From: Escherichia phage vB_EcoM_C2-3
Strand: one strand, 5' to 3'
Sequence record: OK076929.1
Length of the DNA: 64,000 bases
Part shown: piece after piece, positions 1-8,353 of the stretch
How the letters are laid out: each line of letters opens with the position of its first letter
Numbering within the stretch: the stretch's first letter is position 1
Notes under the pieces: model-generated
What the model was told of the DNA's origin: nothing
Database searches by the model: none
The model's input: only the letters and a program-made list of their open reading frames with translations
Translations under genes and position numbers: made by a program

Positions 1-147
1 GTTAAATTAGTGAAGGAAGAACGTAAATTTAATACAGTAAATTTTGATTTCTTTATTGAAACAGAAAAAGGTCCTCTTGAATATGATATTTTCAAGAATC
101 CTTTGGGTCTTGAATGCATCGTAAATATGTATTATTATAAATGGTAA
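1..147 (+). CDS. hypothetical protein, 3' end (partial, runs off window start)
   Basis: Open frame 1 from window edge to TAA at 145-147; no recognisable motif. Confidence 0.3.
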   Translation, partial: VKLVKEERKFNTVNFDFFIETEKGPLEYDIFKNPLGLECIVNMYYYKW

Positions 148-244
148 ATATGCTTTAAGAATTATTTGTTATTATTAACTCATATCGCACTGATTAATAC
201 CCTCTATCATCAAGGGTTCTTGCTTAAGAGCCTTTGTTAATAAT

Positions 245-317
245 TGGGAATTAGCCAAGTTGGTAAGGCACTGGATTTTGATTCCAGGATGCAAAGGTTC
301 GAGTCCTTTATTCCCAG
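245..317 (+). tRNA. tRNA-Gln (anticodon UUG)
   Basis: Cloverleaf by eye: acceptor tgggaat/attccca, anticodon loop ttTTGat, T-arm ggttcgagtcc. Confidence 0.8.
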
Positions 318-318
318 C

Positions 319-405
319 GCGAGAATGGCCAAATTGGTAAAGGCACAGCACTTAAAATGCTGCGGAATGATTTCCTTGTGGGTTCGAGTCCCACTTCTCG
401 CACCA
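319..405 (+). tRNA. tRNA-Leu (anticodon UAA), type II with long variable arm
   Basis: Acceptor gcgagaa/ttctcgc, anticodon loop ctTAAaa, long variable arm, T-arm ggttcgagtcc, encoded CCA. Confidence 0.8.
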
Positions 406-410
406 AATTT

Positions 411-484
<74 letters not shown>

Positions 485-494
485 ATTTAATTTA

Positions 495-568
495 CTCCGT
501 GTAGCTCAGTTTGGTAGAGCGTCTGCTTTGGGAGCAGAATGTCGTAGGTTCAAATCCTGCCACGGAGA
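495..568 (+). tRNA. tRNA-Pro (anticodon UGG)
   Basis: Acceptor ctccgtg/cacggag, anticodon loop ttTGGga, T-arm ggttcaaatcc. Confidence 0.8.
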
Positions 569-570
569 CT

Positions 571-660
571 GGAGGCGTGGCAGAGTGGTTTAATGCACCG
601 GTCTTGAAAACCGGCAGTCGCTCCGGCGACTCATAGGTTCAAATCCTATCGCCTCCGCCA
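571..660 (+). tRNA. tRNA-Ser (anticodon UGA), type II
   Basis: Acceptor ggaggcg/cgcctcc, anticodon loop ctTGAaa, long variable arm, encoded CCA. Confidence 0.8.
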
Positions 661-665
661 GTTTT

Positions 666-741
666 GCTGATTTAGCTCAGTAGGTAGAGCAACTCACTTG
701 TAATGAGAAGGTCGGCGGTTCGATTCCGTCAATCAGCACCA
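666..741 (+). tRNA. tRNA-Thr (anticodon UGU)
   Basis: Acceptor gctgatt/aatcagc, anticodon loop ctTGTaa, T-arm ggttcgattcc, encoded CCA. Confidence 0.75.
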
Positions 742-742
742 A

Positions 743-817
743 GGCCCTGTAGCTGGAAGGTTCAAGCAAGCGACTCATAATCGCCAGATGGTGGTTCAAT
801 TCCACCCAGGGCCACCA
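743..817 (+). tRNA. tRNA with CAU anticodon (Ile-lysidine type as in T4, or Met)
   Basis: Acceptor ggccctg/cagggcc, anticodon loop ctCATaa, T-arm ggttcaattcc; identity Ile vs Met not decidable by eye. Confidence 0.7.
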
Positions 818-826
818 AATTAATTT

Positions 827-913
827 GGGGAGTTATCCCGTAGAGGTAGCGGTGTGGACTGTAAATTCATTGTCATTGCGACTCGGGTGGTTCGACTCCA
901 CCACTCCCCACCA
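827..913 (+). tRNA. tRNA-Tyr candidate (anticodon GUA), type II
   Basis: Acceptor ggggagt/actcccc, putative anticodon loop ctGTAaa with G-U containing stem, long variable region, T-arm ggttcgactcc. Confidence 0.5.
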
Positions 914-917
914 ATTT

Positions 918-992
918 GGATGTGTAGCTCAATGGCAGAGCGATCGCCTGTTAAGCGATTGGTTATAGGTTCGAATCCTATCACGTCCGCCA
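918..992 (+). tRNA. tRNA-Asn (anticodon GUU)
   Basis: Acceptor ggatgtg/cacgtcc, anticodon stem atcgc/gcgat with loop ctGTTaa, T-arm ggttcgaatcc. Confidence 0.7.
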
Positions 993-1106
993 AATTTGTG
1001 ACAACTGTCACATTAATATCTACTTGACGCGATTATAGGGGTTGAACTGATCACTCTTCTCTTAATTTCGTGTGAAGACATCTTGATTGTTGGAGTAGGT
1101 ATTAAT

Positions 1107-1182
1107 GTGGCCGTAGTTCAGTTGGTAGAACTCGAGATTGTGATTCTCGTAGTCATGGGTTCGACTCCCATCGGTCACCCCA
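1107..1182 (+). tRNA. tRNA-His (anticodon GUG)
   Basis: Acceptor gtggccg/cggtcac, anticodon stem cgaga/tctcg with loop ttGTGat, T-arm ggttcgactcc. Confidence 0.7.
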
Positions 1183-1186
1183 ATTA

Positions 1187-1262
1187 CGGGGCATAGCTCA
1201 GAAGGAAGAGCAAGGACCTTCTAAGTCCTAGGTCGTAGGTTCGATCCCTACTGCCTCGACCA
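1187..1262 (+). tRNA. tRNA-Arg (anticodon UCU)
   Basis: Acceptor cggggca/tgcctcg, anticodon stem aggac/gtcct with loop ctTCTaa, T-arm ggttcgatccc. Confidence 0.75.
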
Positions 1263-1280
1263 ATTATAAGTGAGGAAAAT

Positions 1281-1631
1281 ATGAAAGGTAATGTTTATTT
1301 AGTAGTTCATGATTTAACATTCTATTTTAATCATAATGATACTGTTATTTCTGAACGTGTAATTAATTTGCTTTATCAGCATGCAGATTATGTTTATGTC
1401 GAAAACGAATATGGTCATTGGCAATTTCTCAAAAATCGTTCATTTGGTTTAGATGGTTACGAATATTTTGATCGTAAAGACCTTTTAGATACAATTCCGT
1501 TATCTACACAATATCAAAATCATAAGTCTTTACATAAATGCCGGCTAATTCGAAATGCTGAATCCGCGTATGAAGCAATTGATTTGTGGCGTAAACGCCG
1601 TGAATATATTGATTCTTTAAAAGAATATTAA
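1281..1631 (+). CDS. hypothetical protein (116 aa) immediately downstream of tRNA-Arg
   Basis: ORF track; GAGG Shine-Dalgarno 8 nt upstream of ATG. Confidence 0.55.
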   Translation: MKGNVYLVVHDLTFYFNHNDTVISERVINLLYQHADYVYVENEYGHWQFLKNRSFGLDGYEYFDRKDLLDTIPLSTQYQNHKSLHKCRLIRNAESAYEAIDLWRKRREYIDSLKEY

Positions 1632-1639
1632 GAAACCGG

Positions 1640-1937
1640 GTCGCTACCGGTAAGTCGTCGGACTGATGTTCCCTGGAGTATAGTTTCCTCCCACAGTTTT
1701 ACTGTGTTCTGGCTCTTTACTATCACAGCAGAAACGGCGCACCGAATTATCGATTCGAGGAAATATCTTTGCCGTAAGCCGAGTAGCGTTTTTGACGGAA
1801 CGTTCGGATATGGTCGAGATATGGCCTTTTAAAAATATTGAGTAGCGTCAACTACTTAATAACCGGGTTCGAATCCCGGCGTTTCGTACAAACACTTGCC
1901 TTAGCAGGTGGAACCCCGACAAGGTTGCCGCAAGGCT
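1640..1937 (+). ncRNA. candidate small stable RNA region (tRNA-like T-arm element, no credible ORF)
   Basis: About 300 nt GC-richer segment without ORF, contains ccgggttcgaatcccgg T-arm-like hairpin, ends at intrinsic terminator; T4 encodes small stable RNAs next to its tRNAs. Confidence 0.35.
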
Positions 1938-1966
1938 TAGCCCCGACCGAAAGGTTGGGGCTTTTT
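1938..1966 (+). terminator. intrinsic terminator hairpin (ccccgacc-gaaa-ggttgggg + T-run)
   Basis: 8-bp stem with GNRA loop followed by cttttt. Confidence 0.6.
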
Positions 1967-1968
1967 GG

Positions 1969-1976
1969 TATAAATA
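1969..1976 (+). promoter_or_regulatory. late promoter (TATAAATA)
   Basis: Exact TATAAATA about 40 nt upstream of ATG at 2015. Confidence 0.5.
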
Positions 1977-2014
1977 TTAGTATATTAAATCTACAAATTA
2001 AAACAGGAAATAAG

Positions 2015-2488
2015 ATGAAATCATATACTCAATTTTTAAATGAAGCGGTGTTAAATGAAGCATCTAGCACCGAAATTCAAGCTGTTGCAAAAGCTGCCAT
2101 TGCCGCGGGTAAATATTCCTATAAAGATGCTTCTGATGAATCACGATTCCAGTTTGCACGCGACATGAAAGCGGAAGGATTTACGGGAAATGCAGTTAGT
2201 ATGGCCTGGAAAAGTTTAGTTGCTACTGGCGCTGCTTTTGCAAAGGCTTCGGGTAAACCTGCTCCTAAAGCAGATCCTAAAGCGGCACAAGAAAAAAATA
2301 TCGTTAAAGGAATTATCGCTAAATATGAAGCTATCCTTAAAGAGCTTTTAGTAATCAAAACCGAAGGCCAAAAGTTAGCCCGTGCTTATAGTTTCAAAGA
2401 TAATCCACATGCTCATGACCTAGAGTATGTTGAAGACATCCAAAAAATTATTAAAGACCGCATTTGGTCTGCTAAACAAATCAAATAA
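2015..2488 (+). CDS. internal-protein-like polypeptide with capsid-targeting-sequence-like N-terminus (MKSYTQFLNEA)
   Basis: N-terminus matches T4 internal protein CTS pattern MK-S/T-Y-x-x-F-L/I-x-E; Ala/Lys-rich body; ORF track start 1838 rejected as extension. Confidence 0.55.
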   Translation: MKSYTQFLNEAVLNEASSTEIQAVAKAAIAAGKYSYKDASDESRFQFARDMKAEGFTGNAVSMAWKSLVATGAAFAKASGKPAPKADPKAAQEKNIVKGIIAKYEAILKELLVIKTEGQKLARAYSFKDNPHAHDLEYVEDIQKIIKDRIWSAKQIK

Positions 2489-2495
2489 CATTCTT

Positions 2496-2523
2496 AGCCC
2501 CGACCAAAAGGTTGGGGCTTTTT
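2496..2523 (+). terminator. intrinsic terminator hairpin (second copy of the 1938-1966 hairpin)
   Basis: ccccgacc-aaaa-ggttgggg followed by cttttt; near-identical to 1938-1966. Confidence 0.6.
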
Positions 2524-2656
2524 GGTATCTAGGCCTTTCCGGGCCTCTCTAGGCATCATTTAGTTTCTATCCTTTATAATATATTATCCTATCCTTTGAT
2601 TTCCACTCCCTGCCCTAGAATTCCCCAAAACTTTTTAAAAATTTTTTCACAAAACT

Positions 2657-2690
2657 GTTTACAAGACTGTTCTTCTATGGTACTATACAA
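2657..2690 (+). promoter_or_regulatory. T4-type early promoter (GTTTAC -35, TACTAT -10)
   Basis: gtttacaagactgttcttctatggtactatacaactatc; repeated cassette also at 19201 and 45896. Confidence 0.55.
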
Positions 2691-2717
2691 CTATCAACTA
2701 CTGATATAGAAAACAAC

Positions 2718-2993
2718 TTGGAGAATGAAATGGATAATTACGGTGAACTGTTCAACTTCTTTATGAAATGTGTTTCAGAAGATTTTGGTCGTACGGTGAA
2801 TGATATTAAAGTTATCGGTCCTGACCATCCGATGTTTGAAACTTATGCAGTAATGGGTAATGAAGACGGTCAGTGGTATACTGTAAAGGTTGTGATTAAC
2901 ATGTTCACTGCTGAAGGTTATGTTAAACTGTCTTCTAAAGTTTACTATGATAACGACGAAATCGCAGAAGAATATTTCAATAATATGAAATAA
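2718..2993 (+). CDS. hypothetical protein (91 aa)
   Basis: ORF track; GGAG SD upstream. Confidence 0.55.
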   Translation: MENEMDNYGELFNFFMKCVSEDFGRTVNDIKVIGPDHPMFETYAVMGNEDGQWYTVKVVINMFTAEGYVKLSSKVYYDNDEIAEEYFNNMK

Positions 2994-3023
2994 GTTTACA
3001 CAGGCTCATGATTGAGATATTAT
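2994..3023 (+). promoter_or_regulatory. early promoter (GTTTAC, 18 bp, TATTAT) with -10 inside inverted repeat
   Basis: gtttac 2994-2999, tattat 3018-3023; ggctcat/atgagcc inverted repeat flanks -10. Confidence 0.5.
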
Positions 3024-3049
3024 GAGCCTATAACTTTGAGGAGAACATT

Positions 3050-3382
3050 ATGAAACGTAACTTTAGTAAAGATTTTTGTAATAGAAATTATTATCCTGAA
3101 GAGCTTTTTGAATCTAAGGACTTTAAAGAGTTTAACGAACGTTCTCAAAACATGCCTGTACAATGGGTGTTAGATTATGCCAAACGTATCTTTGAAGGTG
3201 TACGTTGGTTCAGTCCTGATGATGAAGCCCCATATTTTCAAAGGGCATGGTCTATAGTCAATCAAGCTTATATTGATGCTTTAGAAAATATTAATATTAT
3301 GGATGATGATGCTTTGTTAATCATCGATGAGTCTATTAATAATAGTATCGATAAATTTATTGATGAATTGGACGAAGAATAA
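3050..3382 (+). CDS. hypothetical protein (110 aa)
   Basis: ORF track; GAGGAG SD. Confidence 0.55.
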   Translation: MKRNFSKDFCNRNYYPEELFESKDFKEFNERSQNMPVQWVLDYAKRIFEGVRWFSPDDEAPYFQRAWSIVNQAYIDALENINIMDDDALLIIDESINNSIDKFIDELDEE

Positions 3383-3412
3383 GTTTACAAACTCTTGGGA
3401 GTAGAGTATAAT
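3383..3412 (+). promoter_or_regulatory. early promoter (GTTTAC, 18 bp, TATAAT) with inverted repeat around -10
   Basis: gtttac 3383-3388, tataat 3407-3412, gggagta/tactccc repeat. Confidence 0.5.
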
Positions 3413-3456
3413 ACTCCCACGGATTATAAAACCCTTAATTAACTAAAGGAAATGTT

Positions 3457-4050
3457 ATGAACACACTGAAGAAAATTGTTGAGTTTATTCGCACTAAACT
3501 TGGTTCTGCTATGGCTAAAAATCTATCTGTTGAAGAACAGTATACTGCTGCGGCAGCAAAACTACTTGATAAGATTAAAGATCTAAAAACTGCTTCTGTT
3601 AAATCTATTAATGAAGAAAAGCGTATTCGTGAACTTATTGTCGAAAAGAATAAGCAGGCCGAATCAAAAGAGCGTGAAATTCGCAAGCTTCTTTCGGAAG
3701 GTCAAGATGTAACAATGCATGCTAAACTTGGTTTACTATATCGTCGAACAGCTGAGCAGTTGACTACTAAAGCTGATGGTTATGCTGAAATGCGAATTGA
3801 AATCGCCAAGAAAGTAGTTGAGTTAGATGATGCTCGCCAAGAACTTGCAGTTAAATTGGAATATATCCGTGAAACTCGTGCTGCGAATGCCCTTGGAATT
3901 AGTACTGCTGATGATGTAGTTGAAATTGCAGCACTGACTAAAGTTGATATTGAAGATACTCTTGCTCGAGTTGAAACCTTTAATGGCAATATTTCTGGGG
4001 TTGAAACTACCTCTGCTGATGTTCAGGAATACATTAATTCTCTGAAATAA
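3457..4050 (+). CDS. hypothetical coiled-coil protein (197 aa)
   Basis: ORF track; highly charged, heptad-like composition. Confidence 0.55.
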
Positions 4051-4056
4051 TGATAA

Positions 4057-4076
4057 AGGGGCTTCGGCCCCTATTA
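4057..4076 (+). terminator. hairpin (ggggc-ttcg-gcccc), weak T-tract
   Basis: UUCG tetraloop stem directly after stop codon; short U-tract. Confidence 0.4.
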
Positions 4077-4092
4077 CTTGGAGTAAATAGGA

Positions 4093-4701
4093 ATGAAAAT
4101 GCAAAGTGATTTCAATTCAATGTTTGAAGAATTCCAAAGACAAGTTGATGTTCCAGACCAATTATTAAATGCTCTTAAACGTATGGCAGAAGGACGTAAT
4201 TATTATTGGGGTTCTTCATATGAAACTGATGAAAGTCTTTCTGGAAGATTTTCTAGAGGTAAAAAGTCTTTAATACGTCCTGGAATACTTATTAACAGTA
4301 TTGAATCAATTCATTTATTAACATGCGATTTTGATGTTGAATTTACTGATTTTGTTTCTCCTGAATGGACAGTATGTTATTTAAACGACGATTATGATTA
4401 TCTTGGCGTTTATAGTTTAAGTGACGCATGGTTTAAACGTAATTTACAAAAGTCAAATTTATTCTATATTGATACTACGGTAAAATTTCAGGGCAAGAAA
4501 TATTTCTTTACTCTTATAGTTGATTCTGAAACGAAGCATGAAAATAAACGTATTCTTAGTAAAAAGAATATCTTAACTATTGTTGATGATCTTTTTGATA
4601 AATTCGTAGAAAATCCCAATTTTGAAAGCGATTTATTACTAGAAAAATTTGTTAAGGAATGTAGAGAATATGTCAAAACCATCACTATACCTTCCAAGTA
4701 A
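4093..4701 (+). CDS. hypothetical protein (202 aa), first member of tandem family ending in FVKECR motif
   Basis: ORF track; C-terminal KFVKECREY motif shared with next three ORFs. Confidence 0.55.
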   Translation: MKMQSDFNSMFEEFQRQVDVPDQLLNALKRMAEGRNYYWGSSYETDESLSGRFSRGKKSLIRPGILINSIESIHLLTCDFDVEFTDFVSPEWTVCYLNDDYDYLGVYSLSDAWFKRNLQKSNLFYIDTTVKFQGKKYFFTLIVDSETKHENKRILSKKNILTIVDDLFDKFVENPNFESDLLLEKFVKECREYVKTITIPSK

Positions 4702-5062
4702 ACCGTTGAAGTATGAATTAAAGCGCCAGCTAATTCCTACTGATGTATTAGTAGGTCCTGTGACAGCTGTATCATTTATAATCCTAATGATTATTGGAAT
4801 AGTTATAGATGTTACTACTGATATTGAATCAGACGCAGTATTTCTGTTAGTATTAATTCTTCCATTAGTAGTTCCATTTTTATTAGTACCTGTAAATTGG
4901 GTAGGATACTGGTATCAAGGAAGACATTATCGTAAACGCGTACGCGAATGGAAAGCTCAGTGTAAAAAGATTAAAAAGGAACATCAGCTTAAACTTGCTG
5001 CGTATGAATTTAATGAAATTATGAAATTTGTTAAGGAATCACGATGCAAAAGCCAAAACTAA
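4670..5062 (+). CDS. hypothetical membrane protein (about 130 aa), tandem family
   Basis: Start moved to ATG 4670 after AAGGA SD; hydrophobic core; C-terminal FVKESRCK. Confidence 0.5.
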   Translation: MSKPSLYLPSKPLKYELKRQLIPTDVLVGPVTAVSFIILMIIGIVIDVTTDIESDAVFLLVLILPLVVPFLLVPVNWVGYWYQGRHYRKRVREWKAQCKKIKKEHQLKLAAYEFNEIMKFVKESRCKSQN

Positions 5063-5406
5063 ATAAAGTCAAATATTCGTTTCCAGAGGCACTATTAATT
5101 CTTGCCATATCAGCATTTGCAGCTCTTGCAGGTAGTCTTATTGGATTAATGATTGACTGTCTTATTTTAAACATCGACGGCACAGTAAATATAACAGAAG
5201 TTTGGAGTGAGCTTTGTTATACTAAAATTATTTCATTGTTTTCATTCTTTGGTATCATTTTATATTTTCATTATGATAATTTTAAAATAAATTGGCAAAG
5301 AAAAAAGGATTACAAAATACAATTAAAAGAATATAATAACTACATGTCTTATATTGAAAAAGAATCAATGGAAGAGTTTGTGAGTGATTGCAGGAAAATT
5401 AAATGA
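5044..5406 (+). CDS. hypothetical membrane protein (120 aa), tandem family
   Basis: Hydrophobic segments; C-terminal EFVSDCRKIK overlapping next start. Confidence 0.5.
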   Translation: MQKPKLNKVKYSFPEALLILAISAFAALAGSLIGLMIDCLILNIDGTVNITEVWSELCYTKIISLFSFFGIILYFHYDNFKINWQRKKDYKIQLKEYNNYMSYIEKESMEEFVSDCRKIK

Positions 5407-5891
5407 TTTTAAAAACTCGCTGGTATGATTTAGATGATGGAGATGATGGCATTCCAGTTGATAGAGTTGATTGGAATGGCTGTTCCGAAGATATGAAAAA
5501 TTTGTTGATTAGGGAGTTTAGAATGGGATATCAAGCAGTTAAGCCATCTACTGTAACAGACGATAAATTCGTTTGTATTCAAAACGGTCGTGCTAAGTTA
5601 ACGAACGCTGAATGGTTTACGGATAAGAATATGCTTCTGTGGTATATCATTAGTCTTCCTGCGTCATCATTCGTATTTTACTTCTTTGGAAAAAATCCAA
5701 TGGACAGAATAGGAGATTGGGCTCTTTGTACTATATTTGTTAATATTTTTACTGCAGCAATATTATCCGGAATATGGTGTGTGTTCATTGAAATGCCATG
5801 GCGGTTACGCAGACAACAAAAGATTTTTGATGAAAAGAAATATGCTCAAAATTTAAATAACTTTATCACTGAATGCAGGAAATTAAAATGA
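5403..5891 (+). CDS. hypothetical membrane protein (162 aa), tandem family
   Basis: Hydrophobic segments; C-terminal NFITECRKLK; ATGA overlap with upstream stop. Confidence 0.5.
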   Translation: MILKTRWYDLDDGDDGIPVDRVDWNGCSEDMKNLLIREFRMGYQAVKPSTVTDDKFVCIQNGRAKLTNAEWFTDKNMLLWYIISLPASSFVFYFFGKNPMDRIGDWALCTIFVNIFTAAILSGIWCVFIEMPWRLRRQQKIFDEKKYAQNLNNFITECRKLK

Positions 5892-6328
5892 AAACACTAT
5901 CAGCTGGTATTATCTTTATGACAGAAGATAGAGATTTATTTATGGGTCGGGTTACTGGTTCTCGTAAGCCTGGAATGATGGCACATCGCTGGGATATTCC
6001 AAAGGGCCGCGTAGAAAATTCTGATTTAAGCGCACTAGATGCAGCACGAAGAGAATGCTTAGAAGAGACTGGTTTTAGCAATTATAATCCAGACCTTCTA
6101 GAAGACCTAGGTGTATTTAAATATTCTAGTAATAAAGACTTACAGTTATTTTATTATACGATTCCAGTAGAGCATGAGATGTTCAGAAATTGCTATTGTG
6201 AGTCTTATTTTGAAAATAAAGATGGCGTTATGATTCCAGAGATGGATGCTTTTGCTCTTATTCCTCGTACTCAGTGGCAATATGTGATGGGTCCTTCACT
6301 TTACCGAATAATGAACAACCTCTTTTAA
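5888..6328 (+). CDS. nudE: Nudix hydrolase NudE
   Basis: Nudix box RRECLEETG; position immediately upstream of e as in T4; start moved to MKTLSAG. Confidence 0.8.
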   Translation: MKTLSAGIIFMTEDRDLFMGRVTGSRKPGMMAHRWDIPKGRVENSDLSALDAARRECLEETGFSNYNPDLLEDLGVFKYSSNKDLQLFYYTIPVEHEMFRNCYCESYFENKDGVMIPEMDAFALIPRTQWQYVMGPSLYRIMNNLF

Positions 6329-6859
<531 letters not shown>

Positions 6860-6863
6860 AGTT

Positions 6864-6894
6864 GTTTACTTTCTCCTAGAATTGTGATAGTATA
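6864..6894 (+). promoter_or_regulatory. early promoter upstream of denV
   Basis: gtttac 6864-6869, tagtat -10 about 18 bp downstream. Confidence 0.45.
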
Positions 6895-6918
6895 TTCACA
6901 GTTACTTGGAGGGATAAA

Positions 6919-7335
6919 ATGACTCGTATTAATTTGACTTTAGTATCTGAACTTGCTGATCAACATTTAATCGCAGAATACCGTGAATTGCCGCGTGTTT
7001 TTGGTATAGTTCGTAAGCATGTGGCAAACGGTAAGCGCGTTAAAGATTTTAAAATATCTTCTAAATTTATTTTAGGTTCTGGTCATGTTACTTTCTTTTA
7101 CGATAAGTTAGAATTTTTGCGAAAGCGTCAATCGGACATTATAACGGAATGCTTAAAACGCGGGTTCAGTATAAAAGATACTGAAGTTCCTGACATCAGC
7201 GATATTCCAGTAGAATGGAAAAATGATTATAATCCATGCAAATCAGCTATTAAGTTGAGTCAACAACGACTCGATGAAAAAATTTTAATGAAGCCACACT
7301 GGTATAAGTATTACGGCAAAAATATTTACATTTAA
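6919..7335 (+). CDS. denV: endonuclease V (pyrimidine dimer DNA glycosylase)
   Basis: 138 aa, recognised as T4 endo V ([29 protein letters not shown]...). Confidence 0.9.
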   Translation: MTRINLTLVSELADQHLIAEYRELPRVFGIVRKHVANGKRVKDFKISSKFILGSGHVTFFYDKLEFLRKRQSDIITECLKRGFSIKDTEVPDISDIPVEWKNDYNPCKSAIKLSQQRLDEKILMKPHWYKYYGKNIYI

Positions 7336-7481
7336 ATAACATGGGAATAACCTGGACCTCATGATTCTGTGAGGGATTCCCGCCAACCTGTAATAAGGTC
7401 GAGCCCAAGTGCGGTAATGGGTAAATACAGAAATGGACAATTCATGCGCCATGGAATGGCCCAAACCTAGAGAGAACAAAA

Positions 7482-8021
7482 ATGAGAACATTTTTAACTG
7501 GTCCTTATCTATCCCTGATGAATGCTTTTACACACCATTCTGATGCTAGAGTAGAAGAAATTTGTAAAAACGAATATATCCCGCCATTTGAAGACTTACT
7601 TAAACAGTATTGTACACTTCGACTAGATGGTGGGCGTCAATCTGGTAAATCAACTGCAGTAACTAATTTTGCCGCTAATTGGTTGTATGACGGTGGAACA
7701 GTTATTGTTCTTTCTAATACTTCAGCTTACGCTAAAATTTCCGCAGATAATATTAAAAAGGAATTTTCGCGTTATTCTAATGATGATATACGTTTTCGTT
7801 TATTTACTGATTCTGTGCGCAGTTTTATTGGTAATAAAGGAAGCAAGTTCAGAGGTTTATCACTTTCGCGAATTTTGTATATAATTGATGAGCCTGTCAA
7901 ATCTCCTGATATGGATAAGATTTATAGTGTCCATATTGACACTGTACACTGCTGCTGTAATATTAAATGTTGCATTGGTGGTATTACTCGTCCACAGTTT
8001 TTCGTAATCGGAATGCAATGA
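7482..8021 (+). CDS. hypothetical P-loop protein (179 aa)
   Basis: Walker A-like GGRQSGKST; Cys-rich C-terminus. Confidence 0.5.
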   Translation: MRTFLTGPYLSLMNAFTHHSDARVEEICKNEYIPPFEDLLKQYCTLRLDGGRQSGKSTAVTNFAANWLYDGGTVIVLSNTSAYAKISADNIKKEFSRYSNDDIRFRLFTDSVRSFIGNKGSKFRGLSLSRILYIIDEPVKSPDMDKIYSVHIDTVHCCCNIKCCIGGITRPQFFVIGMQ

Positions 8022-8347
8022 TGACAGACACTCAGCTTTTCGAATATCTTTATTTTTCGCCAAAAACTATTAAAAATAAATTGGTGAATCATTTTGAAAT
8101 TTTGGCAAAAAATAACATTTTGAGCGAATTTTATCCCAAGCAATACAAATTACAAAAAGGCGTATTCAAAGGATGCAGAGTTTTGTGCACGGCTCCTAAT
8201 GCACGGCTAATGAATAAAATTCCATATTTTACCATGGAATTTATTGATGGGCCTTTTAAAGGACTAATCACACAGAGTTTAATGGCATATGATTCTGAGC
8301 CATTTTTAATTAAAGAACAATCTTGGATAAATTTATTTTCTAATTGA
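8018..8347 (+). CDS. hypothetical protein (about 109 aa)
   Basis: ORF track frame; start moved to ATGATG overlapping upstream stop. Confidence 0.45.
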   Translation: MMTDTQLFEYLYFSPKTIKNKLVNHFEILAKNNILSEFYPKQYKLQKGVFKGCRVLCTAPNARLMNKIPYFTMEFIDGPFKGLITQSLMAYDSEPFLIKEQSWINLFSN

Positions 8348-8353
8348 GGTTAT

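Noticed and set aside
820-1011. Minus-strand ORF across the tRNA cluster
   Set aside because: Lies antisense over three tRNA genes; no RBS; typical spurious ORF in structured RNA.
993-1106. Additional tRNA or promoter in the 114-bp spacer between tRNA-Asn and tRNA-His
   Set aside because: No acceptor/T-arm pairing could be folded; TTGACG ... TATAGG resembles a sigma70 promoter only weakly; left unannotated.
1838-2014. N-terminal 59 codons of ORF-track entry 1838..2488
   Set aside because: This part overlaps the terminator hairpin and the TATAAATA late promoter and has no RBS; the CTS-like start MKSYTQFL at 2015 with AGGAAA SD is the credible initiation site.
7669-7884. Internal + strand ORF of 71 aa within 7482..8021
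   Set aside because: Alternative frame inside a longer ORF with Walker A motif; hydrophobic low-complexity translation.
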